DNA of 63,037 nt, counting the filler, from Nemertoderma westbladi (lineage: Eukaryota > Animalia > Xenacoelomorpha): the NCBI GenBank assembly GCA_032718475.1. It is 3 parts of 3 records of this genome, joined end to end, with 100 filler letters (N's around TTAATTAATTAA, not from the genome) between each part and the next. Parts side by side here need not be neighbours in the genome. Positions count along the whole stretch, not along the records: positions 20,846 to 49,189 come from JAUCBJ010006189.1; 2 more parts are not named here. One strand, given 5' to 3'. Below, piece by piece: positions 24,720 through 36,396 of this stretch. The notes beneath the pieces were generated by a model. It ran no database searches and was not told where the DNA came from. It saw nothing but the letters and a program-made list of their open reading frames with translations. Each line of letters begins with the position of its first letter. The stretch's first letter is position 1. Position numbers and translations under genes: made by a program.

Positions 24720-25119
24720 ACAAATAATCATGACAAATACAAAATATAATTATTTTTGAAATTCTTTTTTTCAGAAAGAGTTTCAAAGGTTATTCTTCGA
24801 GACATGAAACAATCGATTACGGTTATTCCGAATATCTATAAATAACAACTGCCGTTGCAATCGAGCAAAATATAACAAATTAATTATGATAAAGGGTGTA
24901 TGGGTAACTCAATAAAGCGAACAGAAATAAAGAGATAAGAAAAAATCCACGCATTAATGGTGAGTACGATATTACGCACATGCTGAGTCGGTGTATATTA
25001 GTACAAACTGAAAATTTGGAAATCGAGAATACGGTGATTTTTAAATAAAACTAGCACACAGGGGATGCTGGAGCCGAATAATTTATGAGTCTAACATTTG
25101 ATAATAACTATTATATACG

Positions 25120-25247
25120 TTGCCATTGTTCATAATAGCACTTTATAGCGTTACGGCACGAGTGATTTTGTTTCCCGAGCGACAGCGAGCGAAATAATAG
25201 AAAGAGGGCCGTAAAAGCTTTAAAGTGCTAATTATGAACAATGGCGA
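25120..25247. repeat. Imperfect palindrome (hairpin-type non-autonomous element)
   Basis: gccattgttcataatagcacttta...tacggc / gccgta...taaagtgctaattatgaacaatggc around centre ccgagcgacagcgag. Confidence 0.7.
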
Positions 25248-26327
25248 ATCTAATTTTATTTATTTGTGTAGAATTATTAGTAGTTTTGCACTTAAACTTT
25301 CTAAAACAACCTAATAATGACGCGGTGACATACTGGATATACTGGAAATACATAGTAAAATGTATGGCGTAGGGCCATACTGAGAAATAATGTCGCACTG
25401 CGATATAAAGCTGGAAAATATGTCGCCCTGGCGATTTGGTAGTGCGAAATTAATTCGACACAAATAAATAAATAAATCATACTGTTCTAGAACAGTGTGA
25501 CTAAGTGTATTAACACTTAAGTGCATAACAGCACACAAGTGGATTAGAACTGGGAGAAAAACCAAACTAGAAAAATAGAGTAAACATCAAATATAATAAC
25601 TTTAATAATAAAGATATTTGCTGCTGCGTAGTTTCGTAAAAAGCCAAAATTAACAATAAACATTTATAATATATTTCATGTTAATAATGTAATATATCAC
25701 ACTATAATAACGAAACTTACAATAAACTATAATTAATTACCATATAATAAATTAGCACCCGAATAATAAACATTGATAATTATAAGTCAGTGTTTTGATT
25801 ACCGACAACAGTCAGACACCAGACAAACAACCTAATAATAAGTAAACTGATCAAGCTTCATCCAATACACGGATCGTTTCAACTTATATGCATCTTGGAC
25901 AAAATTAATGTTTTGCAAAAAATAATAAAAAATGTTGGGATGACGCAATTTCATATTTCGGAGGCGGATACCGTAAGTTTTGCACTAACAAGGAAAGGAA
26001 GTATTTAGCGGCAAAAAGCCCCATTCTTTGGATTACATAATAACCTAATTTTACAGGGTGTGGAAAATTTTATATTTGGGACATAGTTTCGTAATCTGGG
26101 TGTTAAAATTCCCACGAAAGGGAACGACACTCAGATGGCCGAATAGACTCCTTTCTTTCCACAGTTGTAAATAAAGACATAAACTTGGACTATCAACTTA
26201 CATGCTTTTATTAAAAGGAATGTTTGTGATTTTCTTTACATCAATTTACTGCTGTATTAAAAAAAAATTATTTATTTATAAAAAAAAACCTAGAATTATT
26301 CAAATACACAAAATAATTATATATTAT

Positions 26328-26756
26328 TAGGGGAGAAATATTATTTTTTACGATTCCGAGGTATTTTATGTACCGATCACCGGTGAAGTTAATTAAGAAT
26401 CGAGATAATAGTGAAAAATACTTATACTTTCTCCCCTTGTAATACGTTACTTTATTCTTAAATTGATAATTTTTGGTTGCTTAATTTGTTAGTGTTTGTT
26501 CCAAATGAAAGTGAACTGTTGTATATTTCTATATTGCAGTTCTTGAATCTTGAATTGCAGCTCATTTTCCATAGTTACAGCGATTCCAATTATTGTTTGA
26601 TCCAACTCCTGGTGCCGCTTTATCCAATGTGAAATAATTATGAAATATTTATGACGTACCGTGCTGCGCGGAGCGTTCACTTCCCACTCTTTACTCGGTG
26701 AGTCAGAATATTCATATTCGGGGGATTGCGAAAAATTAACAATTTAAGAATAAAAA
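26328..26756. repeat. Two adjacent inverted-repeat elements
   Basis: aggggagaaa / tttctcccct, and tttattcttaaattgataatttt / aaaattaacaatttaagaataaa. Confidence 0.55.
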
Positions 26757-27999
26757 CAATTTATATATACTTTTTAAACACTAGCAAGTATAGCTACCAT
26801 CTAAAAAGCTACCATAAAAGCTAGTTAATATGAATTAACATACTACTGCTAGACATATTACAAAAACACCATCTAGGCAGCACATTTAGTTAGAACACGT
26901 AACACAATTATAGGTACGAAAACACACGTGGTACTACAAGAGGCTGACTACAATACTATTTAATATTAATTCGATACACCCCGGGGTAGGATATAATTAA
27001 GGTGTAATACTGGTGTAATATTAAAATAATTAATTAATAATTATTTATATATAATTAAGGTGTAATAGTTAAATGCGGGGTAAAATGGTAACCAGTAAAA
27101 ATTACAGCTGATGTAATAAATATAGATAAAAACAATGAATATTTTATTCTACCATAAATGAATACTCACATCTTCACAATTAATTACAAATATAAATTTA
27201 GAGCAACATAAAATAGTGTGGAAATAAAGCTGTATTATTTCTCGCTGTATGTTGCTGAGGCTGTTTTAGGATCTCCAGCCTGCACTACGGTCTGGGAACC
27301 CAGAACAGGCAGGTTGGAACCCATCGACTATATTTAAACCATTTTGACCCAACTGTACCATTAGGTACGAACATGGTAAATATTTAATTAAGTCAAACAT
27401 CCTTTAGAGTTCTGCTTTAGTTAACAATATCCAAGTAGGCTTATGAGCTACTGCGTGACAGCTGTGCAATTAGTCTACCTGGACTAGTATATTCTCAATA
27501 ACTATGCTGGGTGGCAAACCTCTTAAAAAATTTGTCATATGTCCGACCCCTGACATATCCAACCAATCACAATTAATAGGTAATTGTTTTAATACCGAAT
27601 GAGATGGCTTGTTTAAAAGCCCTTAGGTACAATTTGGCCACCGGGCATGCAAGGTAAGTCTACGTTAACGGCTATGTTTACAGACTAAATCCATTCTTAC
27701 AGGTAGAATCACAGGAAGGGTACAGCTCTCCTTCAAAATAGATTAAATATTACGCGCAGGGATTATCAATTTTTACATATCTTATCAATATGTCTACGGA
27801 TATAATTAATTCATTTAATTAACGTAACCACTATCATCTAAGACACAATAATATACAATATCATATAATGGTAGGCAAGGCATATACAATATATACGCAT
27901 CAGTATTGATTTCTATATAACGGCCACACTATACTTAGCGATAAGCGATGTAAATCTCTGTATTATAAAATGAATCTGTTTATCAATCAGGACCACTGT

Positions 28000-28290
28000 C
28001 GTTTAGCAGATGTTACCTCTACGTTTCCTCTCACATACCGGCTGTCAAGAAGAACAGGCCGATAAGTTCTACGACATGTTACATCCATAGTGCCTGCAGA
28101 GTGGTGCTGGGTTTAGACAATTCTGGAAGGCCCATATCACTATTGCATGATTCCTTGTTTATGGGCTTTGCATTTTTATGAACTAAATCCTGAGCAGCAC
28201 CCTGGTGTATGTGCCATAAAGGCTCTACTGCTACTCGGAATAAACTTACCTTCAGAGAAGGTTTCATTCCTGGTTATTTCCAAAGCCTCG
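28000..28290 (-). mobile_element. Old degraded RTE-like LINE fragment
   Basis: LKVSLFRVAVEP resembles LKVRLFRAAVVP of the RTE copy at 43346. Confidence 0.5.
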
Positions 28291-28777
28291 ACCTAAATAG
28301 TTTAAAGTTTTGACAACCAAAATTGACTTAGCGATAAATAAGACTTGTACTACAACTCGCCAGTTGTCTATTGCAGTGTTCTAAAAACACTGCGCAATCA
28401 TCACGGTATTGCATCAATTCAGCTTGACATGGGATGGCAAAATTAAAAAGTAAAACGGATAACCTTTACACGCCTGGAAGATTCTTTAGAACACCTAGCA
28501 CTTGTACTGGTGGGGATCTTAAATAATAATATCAAAATTCTTAAATTTGTATTTCCAAATATCTATAATTATAAAAAAATAATATTATATCGTATTATCT
28601 ATCAACTTCTCTTCGTATTATGCAATATAGTATTCCACACCATTTATTATTACATTTGCTAAAGTTACTCAAATATATTTTAAACATCATCTTTACACAA
28701 CGATTATCCTGATATAATAATAGAAGTAATATTACCGTAGATATGTTCAGTTGCAGTCAATCCCAATACTTTAAACA

Positions 28778-28903
28778 AACCGTCATATAACCGCTAACTG
28801 CTATAAATAACCGTCATATAACCGCTAACTGCTATAAATAACCGTCATATAACCGCTAACTGCTATAAATAACCGTCATATAACCGCTAACTGCTATAAA
28901 TAA
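28778..28903. repeat. 31-bp minisatellite, 4 copies
   Basis: aaccgtcatataaccgctaactgctataaat. Confidence 0.95.
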
Positions 28904-29177
28904 TCACACAAATTCAAAATTCTCCAAAGGTAAATCATCCTAATTTGTTTCGAACTGATTACATCAAATTCAAATTCAATATTTTCTGAAGAAATTCAAA
29001 TAATGTTAAATTCCAAATTTAATATCAACATCCACCGAAGTGAACTGCTTCAAACTCTAAATCTGATAATTTATCTCATATCGCTTTAACAACAAATTTT
29101 TTGGGAATGAAACACACTAAGTTTTGGATGGTGTTGTTTCTAGGTTGGCATTGGAAATGGAAACCTCATCCTCGATA

Positions 29178-29935
29178 AGGTTTCCATTCCAGTTCGACTA
29201 CTCTGTTTGGGTAGTTTTAGGTTTCCATTCCAGTTCGACTACTCTGGTTTGGGTAGTTTTAGGTTTCCATTCCAGTTCGACTACTCTGGTTTGGGTAGTT
29301 TTAGGTTTCCATTCCAGTTCGACTACTCTGGTTTGGGTAGTTTTAGGTTTCCATTCCAGTTCGACTACTCTGGTTTGGGTAGTTTTAGGTTTCCATTCCA
29401 GTTCGACTACTCTGGTTTGGGTAGTTTTAGGTTTCCATTCCAGTTCGACTACTCTGGTTTGGGTAGTTTTAGGTTTCCATTCCAGTTCGACTACTCTGGT
29501 TTGGGTAGTTTTAGGTTTCCATTCCAGTTCGACTACTCTGGTTTGGGTAGTTTTAGGTTTCCATTCCAGTTCGACTACTCTGGTTTGGGTAGTTTTAGGT
29601 TTCCATTCCAGTTCGACTACTCTGGTTTGGGTAGTTTTAGGTTTCCATTCCAGTTCGTCTACTCTGGTTTGGGTAGTTTTAGGTTTCCATTCCAGTTCGA
29701 CTACTCTGGTTTGGGTAGTTTTAGGTTTCCATTCCAGTTCGACTACTCTGGTTTGGGTAGTTTTAGGTTTCCATTCCAGTTCGACTACTCTGGTTTGGGT
29801 AGTTTTAGGTTTCCATTCCAGTTCGACTACTCTGGGGTTTGGGTAGTTTTAGGTTTCCATTCCAGTTCGACTACTCTGGTTTGGGCAGTTTTAGGTTTCC
29901 ATTCCAGTTCGACTACTCTGGTTTGGGTAGTTTTA
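29178..29935. repeat. 42-bp minisatellite, ~18 near-identical copies
   Basis: aggtttccattccagttcgactactctggtttgggtagtttt. Confidence 0.97.
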
Positions 29936-30447
29936 AACTATTAAACTTTTAACAGTGAACATTTGGAAAAAAAACACATTAAATGATATGTGATGGTAAT
30001 GTTCCTCAAACAAATATATAATCTCCGGATAAACATTTTATATATTTTCTGTCCTTATTTAACATTATTTTGAAGCGTTTTAAATAAATAAAAAGAAACG
30101 AAGTTCTTAAGAAATAGGTTCACTTAATAGAAATATTAAAACTTAAAAGCAAATAAAAATAAGAAGTTCAAATAACAAATTCGCGATTGTCCGGATAGTT
30201 AAATTTACAAGTAGGGCTACAATCATTACAAATTAACATCATTACAATAACAAGGATGATTTACCTTGGAATGGCAGTATAGAGAGGAAGAAAGTTACTC
30301 AATCAAAATATTATATCGGTTCACGCAAAAGGAACTCCTTGTGATAATAACAAATAATCGCATCACAAAGGCTGCATGATACAAGGATCAACCTATCCTC
30401 CACTGTAAGGTAAGGTATATGGGTATAAATGGAGGTACAAAGATAGT

Positions 30448-31333
30448 AGGAGCAGCTCCCCTACAGTCGGAGGGGCAGCTCCCCTACAGTCGGAGGGGCA
30501 GCTCCCCTACAGTCGGAGGGGCAGCTCCCCTACAGTCGGAGGGGCAGCTCCCCTACTGTCGGAGGGGCAGCTCCCCTACAGTCGGAGGGGCAGCTCCCCT
30601 ATTGTCGGAGGGGCAGCTCCCCTACAGTCGGAGGGGCAGCTCCCCTACGGTCGGAGGGGCAGCTCCCCTACTGTCGGAGGGGCAGCTCCCCTACTGTCGG
30701 AGGGGCAGCTCCCCTACTGTCGGAGGGGCAGTTCCCCTACTGTCGGAGGGGTAGCTCCCCTACTGTCGGACGGGCAGCTCCCCTACTGTCGGAGGGGCAG
30801 CTCCCCTACAGTCGGAGGGGCAGCTCCCCTACAGTCGGAGGGGCAGCTCCCCTACAGTCGGAGGGGCAGCTCCCCTACAGTCGGAGGGGCAGCTCCCCTA
30901 CAGTCGGAGGGGCAGCTCCCCTACTGTTGGAGGAGCAGCTCCCCTACAGTCGGAGGAGCCGCTCCCCTACAGTCGGAGGAGCCGCTCCCCTACAGTCGGA
31001 GGAGCCGCTCCCCTACTGTCGGAGGGGCAGCTCCCCTACTGTCGGAGGGGCAGCTCCCCTACAGTCGGAGGGGCAGCTCCCCTACAGTCGGAGGGGCAGC
31101 TTCCCTACTGTTGGAGGAGCAGCTCCCCTACAGTCGGAGGAGCCGCTCCCCTACTGTTGGAGGAGCAGCTCCCCTACAGTCGGAGGAGCCGCTCCCCTAC
31201 TGTCGGAGGGGCAGCTCCCCTACTGTCGGAGGGGCAGCTCCCCTACAGTCGGAGGAGCAGCTCCCCTACAGTCGGAGAGCCGCTCCCCTACTGTCGGAGA
31301 AGCCGCTCCCCTACAGTCGGAGAGCCGCTCCAC
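30448..31333. repeat. 23-bp GC-rich minisatellite, ~38 copies
   Basis: ggggcagctcccctacagtcgga; each unit contains the inverted repeat agggg...cccct. Confidence 0.97.
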
Positions 31334-31389
31334 TAGATATCGGCTACCTGGCAGTAGAGCTCATCTACGTATGGGATCCCCTCCCCCCG

Positions 31390-31908
31390 TTAATCAACCT
31401 CGTCGTATCCCCCCGGTGGTGGATGTCTGCGGGGCGGCGGCGGTCGGTTGCTTCCGCTCGACGCAACCGGCGCCGGTATTCCCACGTTTAAGTCGTCGTC
31501 GTCAACTTCATAAGGTAGTCCTTCATATACATTGTAACTACCGAAGGTAGTCCGCGGTTGCCTTGGTTGTTCTGATGGCGGTGAATTTCTCCGGTTATAA
31601 AGTTCCCTGTAGTCCCTATTTAGCTGCAAAACTTGTGATTTAAAACTCTTTGTTTCATCTTGGGACCTCCGCAGTTGGCTGGTAAGATTACGAACCTCAG
31701 ACTTTAATTGATTACATTTTCTTTGTATTTCATCTTTTTCCTGCTTTTCGACACTAAAGTCATCCGCATAAGCTTTGCCTTGGTGTTTGTGGAGTTTCAG
31801 TTCGCCTTCTCGGTCTGCTATCTGCTGTTTCAACGCGTCAACTATGGCCCGTTGGCGGATTTCCATATCCCGAATTTCTTCCCGCAAAGCGGCGTTAATT
31901 GCTACCGA
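31390..31908 (-). CDS. TNIP2/ABIN-like protein, last coding exon (UBAN-like coiled coil plus Pro-rich tail)
   Basis: ttttag| acceptor, phase 0. LKLHKHQGKAYADDFSVEKQEKDE resembles the UBAN motif LxxQxxxY/FxxDFxxERxxR. Stop TAA. Confidence 0.8.
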   Translation of the reverse strand, partial: SVAINAALREEIRDMEIRQRAIVDALKQQIADREGELKLHKHQGKAYADDFSVEKQEKDEIQRKCNQLKSEVRNLTSQLRRSQDETKSFKSQVLQLNRDYRELYNRRNSPPSEQPRQPRTTFGSYNVYEGLPYEVDDDDLNVGIPAPVASSGSNRPPPPRRHPPPGGYDEVD

Positions 31909-32327
31909 CTAAAATACAAATTTGAAAACATAAACATGTGAAAGTAAATAACAAATTTCTTCCCTCAACTAATTTGTCGGGTTGATGATTAAGCAAGTCT
32001 TATTAGTGAATACAATCGAACGAGTTTTTATTGGATTACGAAAACTCTAAAAGAAAATATTACAATTACCCTCAGTAAATAGCGCCATAAACATGGACAA
32101 ATTCCAACTTAACTACTTCCCATATGATCAACTCAACACGAACTATTACATACCAAGTTTAAGTTAATCTAGTGACTTTCCAACTTAAAGTTATTGTAAA
32201 TAGCAAGTCAACTTTTGTTCTTATTGATATTTACCATTCCAGCGCCATTTAACAAATTACATTGCAATCTATTTCCGGATACTACTGTATGATAATTACA
32301 ATATTGTATTAATAAAAACAACATTAC

Positions 32328-32651
32328 CTCATCGACTTGCCTTCGAAGCTCGTGACATTGTTTTTCGTAAGATGCAATGCATGTGTCAACGGCTTTGTTT
32401 GCATCACTATCAGCTGCCTGCGTCATAGGAACATCTTTAGTCGTATCAGTTTGCTGATTAGCTACTAATTGGTTCTCTAAATCAGTTACTTTAGCCTTCA
32501 ATCCACGAATGTCTGTTTTCTGAAGTTCATGGTATTTCTGCCATTTTTCGTTCATATTTATCACCGTTTTAAGTTGCTCTTTGACTACAATTGTTTCTTT
32601 CTTTGCTTCGGAATCTGTGCTGGGTGTACTAGTTACGGGAGTCATGGTCAC
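32328..32651 (-). CDS. TNIP2/ABIN-like exon (EABR-like motif)
   Basis: tttcag| ... GAG|gtaatg, 324 nt, phase 0-0. VINMNEKWQKYH resembles the TNIP2/CEP55 NxxWxxY motif. Confidence 0.8.
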
Positions 32652-32854
32652 CTGAAATAAACAAATAATAATTGTTCAGCTTTAGTCAATAGCAACATAA
32701 TCTTAATTTTTCAATTACTACCACATTCCATCCTCTCATCAAAAATATAAGCCACTAATAACTACACGCGGGCTATGATGTTACAAATAACACGAATAAA
32801 AAAAAATATGGAAAATTTAGAAATGAAAACACCGCAAAGGCCGTTAAAAGTTAC

Positions 32855-32980
32855 CACCTTGAATATTTTAGACGGTTCCGGTTCCCAAAACACCATCCTT
32901 CGTTTGGGACTACCACCACGTTCAATTACAACGTTGTCATCTGAAGTGTCTGAAACGGGGAGAATTCGTGCTTCCGCCAT
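32855..32980 (-). CDS. Candidate proximal first exon of the TNIP-like gene
   Basis: ATGGCG start, MAEARILPVSDTSDD...KIFKV|gtaact, phase 0 compatible with the 32651 exon; higher GC than flanks. Confidence 0.5.
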
Positions 32981-33107
32981 GAGTACAAATAAAGTTAAAA
33001 ATAATCGATGTAAACAATAATAGAAATAAATATAAATATAAATCTAGCAAAAAAACAGTCTGTGATGAAGAATGTGTACTACTATTATCTATTATGTATT
33101 ATAAAAT

Positions 33108-33576
33108 TGTGGGAACCGAAGCTACGGTATTATATTTCGCTTGTCTGTCGGAACTCTATGACCCTCACTCACAACTGCATCTGTAGTGCTGCAAGAGGAA
33201 TTTGAATGCACCTGCCGATAAGCTTAACCTTGCTGTAATTGAGAATGGGAGAGGGGAGGGTGGATATGAGTTCACCCCTCACCCCAGCTTATGCAGGTAA
33301 TGTTGGAATGGGTTTAGCTCTGAATCCAACTGTTTAGTTATGATCCAACTGCACCTGTAGCTCACTGAATTATAAAGGTAACTGAATCATCTGCTACCGT
33401 TTATTTTGTGTTGATGCATTGGTAATGGTAGACCTACTGCTGCTGGTGAGGCATCAGCTACTGTTAAGCATGCCTTTCACGCATTCATCCAGTTCCAGGG
33501 GAGATATTCTCTCACCATCGCAAAGTGGGCCCAAATGGTACAAAATTAACTCACAATTAACTTAACCATCTTCACA
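33108..33576 (+). mobile_element. Possible solo LTR
   Basis: TGTGG...TCACA ends, flanks aaaat / taaat, internal TATAAA; higher GC than flanks. Confidence 0.35.
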
Positions 33577-34031
33577 TAAATCAGTTTAGTTATGGATTGT
33601 TGTTACTTAAAGATTGTTATTTTAGATTGACCATCCAATCAAATTTTGACCCAGAGAGTCTGGATGTAAATAATAATGTATATTGCCAAATGCAGATTGA
33701 TTATAGTATTTCAGAGCTAATTATATTTCTCTAATAAAAACTACACAAATGTGAGAACTTTCAATATAAACCTCCGACTAAGTCGGTATAGTTTGTGTGT
33801 CAGTTTTTTTTACATGGGCAGCTTAAATGCCATCAATGCAAACTAAAGTGATACACAAATCATAGCCTATAAAAACCAACCCAGATAGATGATAGCGGTT
33901 CTAGCAGATTTCAACTTTCAATTCGAATTTCCATAGAAATTACAAACAAATAAGATGGAATTATCTTGATATCTCGATTTTGCAGTTTCGTAAAATCCGA
34001 TATGGGTATTGTTGACACTCGTGAGAGGTGT

Positions 34032-35243
34032 CGCCCATGTGAAGTATACCAGTATTTCACTTTTCGGTCGAATTTTTATTGGAATTTTATATATGAAGAT
34101 TTTTTATTTTTTTTAAATTTATCTTTATTAAGTGTTTTATGGCGCTTATTTCTGTCTTATAACCTATTACATATACTAATTCGTTTATTGTTTTGGTTAG
34201 ATTCAGGCCTTCTGTAACCTCAGTTTTTAATGAAAACATGGTATTGTTCAAATGGGTAAACTGCAAATTGAAATATAAAAGCAGAAATTCTGGGGCCCAT
34301 GTGAAGAATACCAGACTTTCTGCCGTTATATTTCACTTTGCAGTTACCCCCATGTGAAGAATACCAACCAGGTTTTCACCAAAAACACAGGTTACAGAAG
34401 GGCTGAATCTAACCAAAACAATAAACGAATTCGCCCATGTGAAGAATACCAGGATTTCACTTTTCGGTCGACTTTTTATTGGAATTTTATATATGAAGAT
34501 TTTTTATTTTTTTTAATTTATCTTTATTAAGTGTTTTATAGCGCTTATTTCTGTCTTATAACCTGTACATATACTAATTCGTTTATTGTTTTGGTTAGAT
34601 TCCTGGTTAGTGAAATCCTGGTATTCTTCACATGGACGAATTAAGGTATAGTTTCCAAGGACCTGAAATAGGAGGATGTGATGTGAAGTATGTAGAAATG
34701 AAGGAATGAAATATAAAAGCAGAAATTCTGGTATAATTTCCATGGACCGCAAAGTGAAATATAATAGCAGAAATTCTGGTATACTTTCCATGGTTTCCAT
34801 GGCTGATGGTTTAATTTCCTTGTAATTTTGATGTAATGAAACGATTACTATTTCCGATACCAGTTTGGTATTAGGAAATTAGGATTAAATTTAGAAATGA
34901 AAATCAGCTTCGTAGCCTAACCGAGCAATAATTACAGTAGTATCGTGGCGTTACGGCAGACCGCCCATGTGAAGAATACCAGGATTTCACTTCTCGGTCG
35001 ACTTTTTTGTGGAATTTTATATATGAAGATTTTTAATTTTTTTAAATTTATCTTTATTAAGTGTTTTATAGCGCTTATTTCTGTCTTATAACCTGTACAT
35101 ATACTAATTCGTTTATTGTTTTGGTTAGATTCAGCCATTCTGTAACCTGTGTTTTTGGTGAAAACCTGGTTGGTATTCTTCACATGGGGGTAACTGCAAA
35201 GTGAAATATAACGGCAGAAAGTCTGGTATTCTTCACATGGGCC
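34032..35243. mobile_element. Cluster of nested/rearranged Sola-like MITEs
   Basis: TIR cgcccatgtgaagaatacc recurs in both orientations; copy 34432-34638 is flanked by an AATT duplication; fuller copy ~34962-35242. Confidence 0.8.
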
Positions 35244-36199
35244 CGGCAGACAGCATACCCATACAGTATTTGAATGTCGAAATTTTGGCTCAATCCGAGA
35301 TCCGGCAATTAAACAATGATACAGAATCGTCACAGATGTATTGACAATCAATTGTGAATTAAAGTTTGCGAAGATTTTGTACAATTATTCGAATATTTTA
35401 CAGAGATCATTTGGAACTTGTAACCTACACAGTTAGTTCCTGTATCCTGACATTTACAAGTGAGATGGAAAATGGCACATTTTTTAAAGTCGCACATTTT
35501 TTTAAGAACTTCGCCCAAAAATCTTAGATTTAAATTAATGGTACAATTTTTATGTACCTGATACATTAAAGAGAAATATTAAAGAGAGATAACATATCAT
35601 TTAATATATTTGAATATAAAAAAAATCGCCCTTTTGAAGAATACCGGTTCACTTTTCGGTCTAAATTTTATTGGAATTTTATATTGAATTTGTATTTTTT
35701 ACTAATTCTCCATATTAAGTGATTTTTAGCGCATATTTCTCTATCTATCTTTACAAATTCAATATTTTATAACTATACCGATAAATAATCTAATAAACTG
35801 GAACTTTATTAATGTTACTGGTATATTATCAGGTAAAGTAGCAGCAGTAAAGTATCAGGTTACAGAGACAGGCTTTTCTAACCAAAACAATAAACGATAC
35901 ATTTACCAATCGTGGTAGAGGAACGTGATTGAGAAGTAGGCTTGACTAACAATAAACGATATCATTACCAATTGAGGAGGGACCCTGCATTTAAATAAAA
36001 TTACATTATAGCGTGGTAAAACATTTACTTATGTGACTGAATCAATAAATCATGAATGTTATCCAATTATGAACTAAAGCTACAAAAAAGTAGAGCCAAA
36101 GCTAAGTTAAGTTAGTTTACAAAGTAGTAGTCTAAAATAGTAGTTTTCTAAAATAGTTAAAATTTTGGGAGATTTCAACAATGTTAAATATACGACTTC

Positions 36200-36396
36200 A
36201 GATGAGCATCTTTTAGAAGTCACTGGTCAGTTTGGTCATTAGCTAATTGGTTCTCCAAATCTGTTACTTTAGCCATCAATCTACGAATATCTTTTCTCTG
36301 AAGTTCATCCTATTTTTGCCATTTTTCGTTCATTTTTGTCACAGTTTTAATTTGCTCTTTGACTAAAAGTACTTCTTCTACGGTAGTCATGGTTAC
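36200..36396 (-). pseudogene. Decayed paralog of the TNIP-like EABR exon
   Basis: Same acceptor (tttgtttatttcag|gt.accatgac) and MNEKWQK as 32651-32328, but with a frameshift and a TAG. Confidence 0.85.

Noticed and set aside
23575-24749. CTAVQ / IENVT / YSHIL repeat ORFs
   Set aside because: 15-bp minisatellites open in many frames; one has a phase slip
29124-29944. 240-245 aa repetitive ORFs
   Set aside because: By-product of a homogeneous 42-bp array; several frames are open, with no splice or start context and no codon-biased variation
30419-31550. Plus-strand ORFs with GGAAPLQSE repeats
   Set aside because: The 23-bp unit is not a multiple of 3, and the ORFs are antisense to the TNIP-like gene's 3' end
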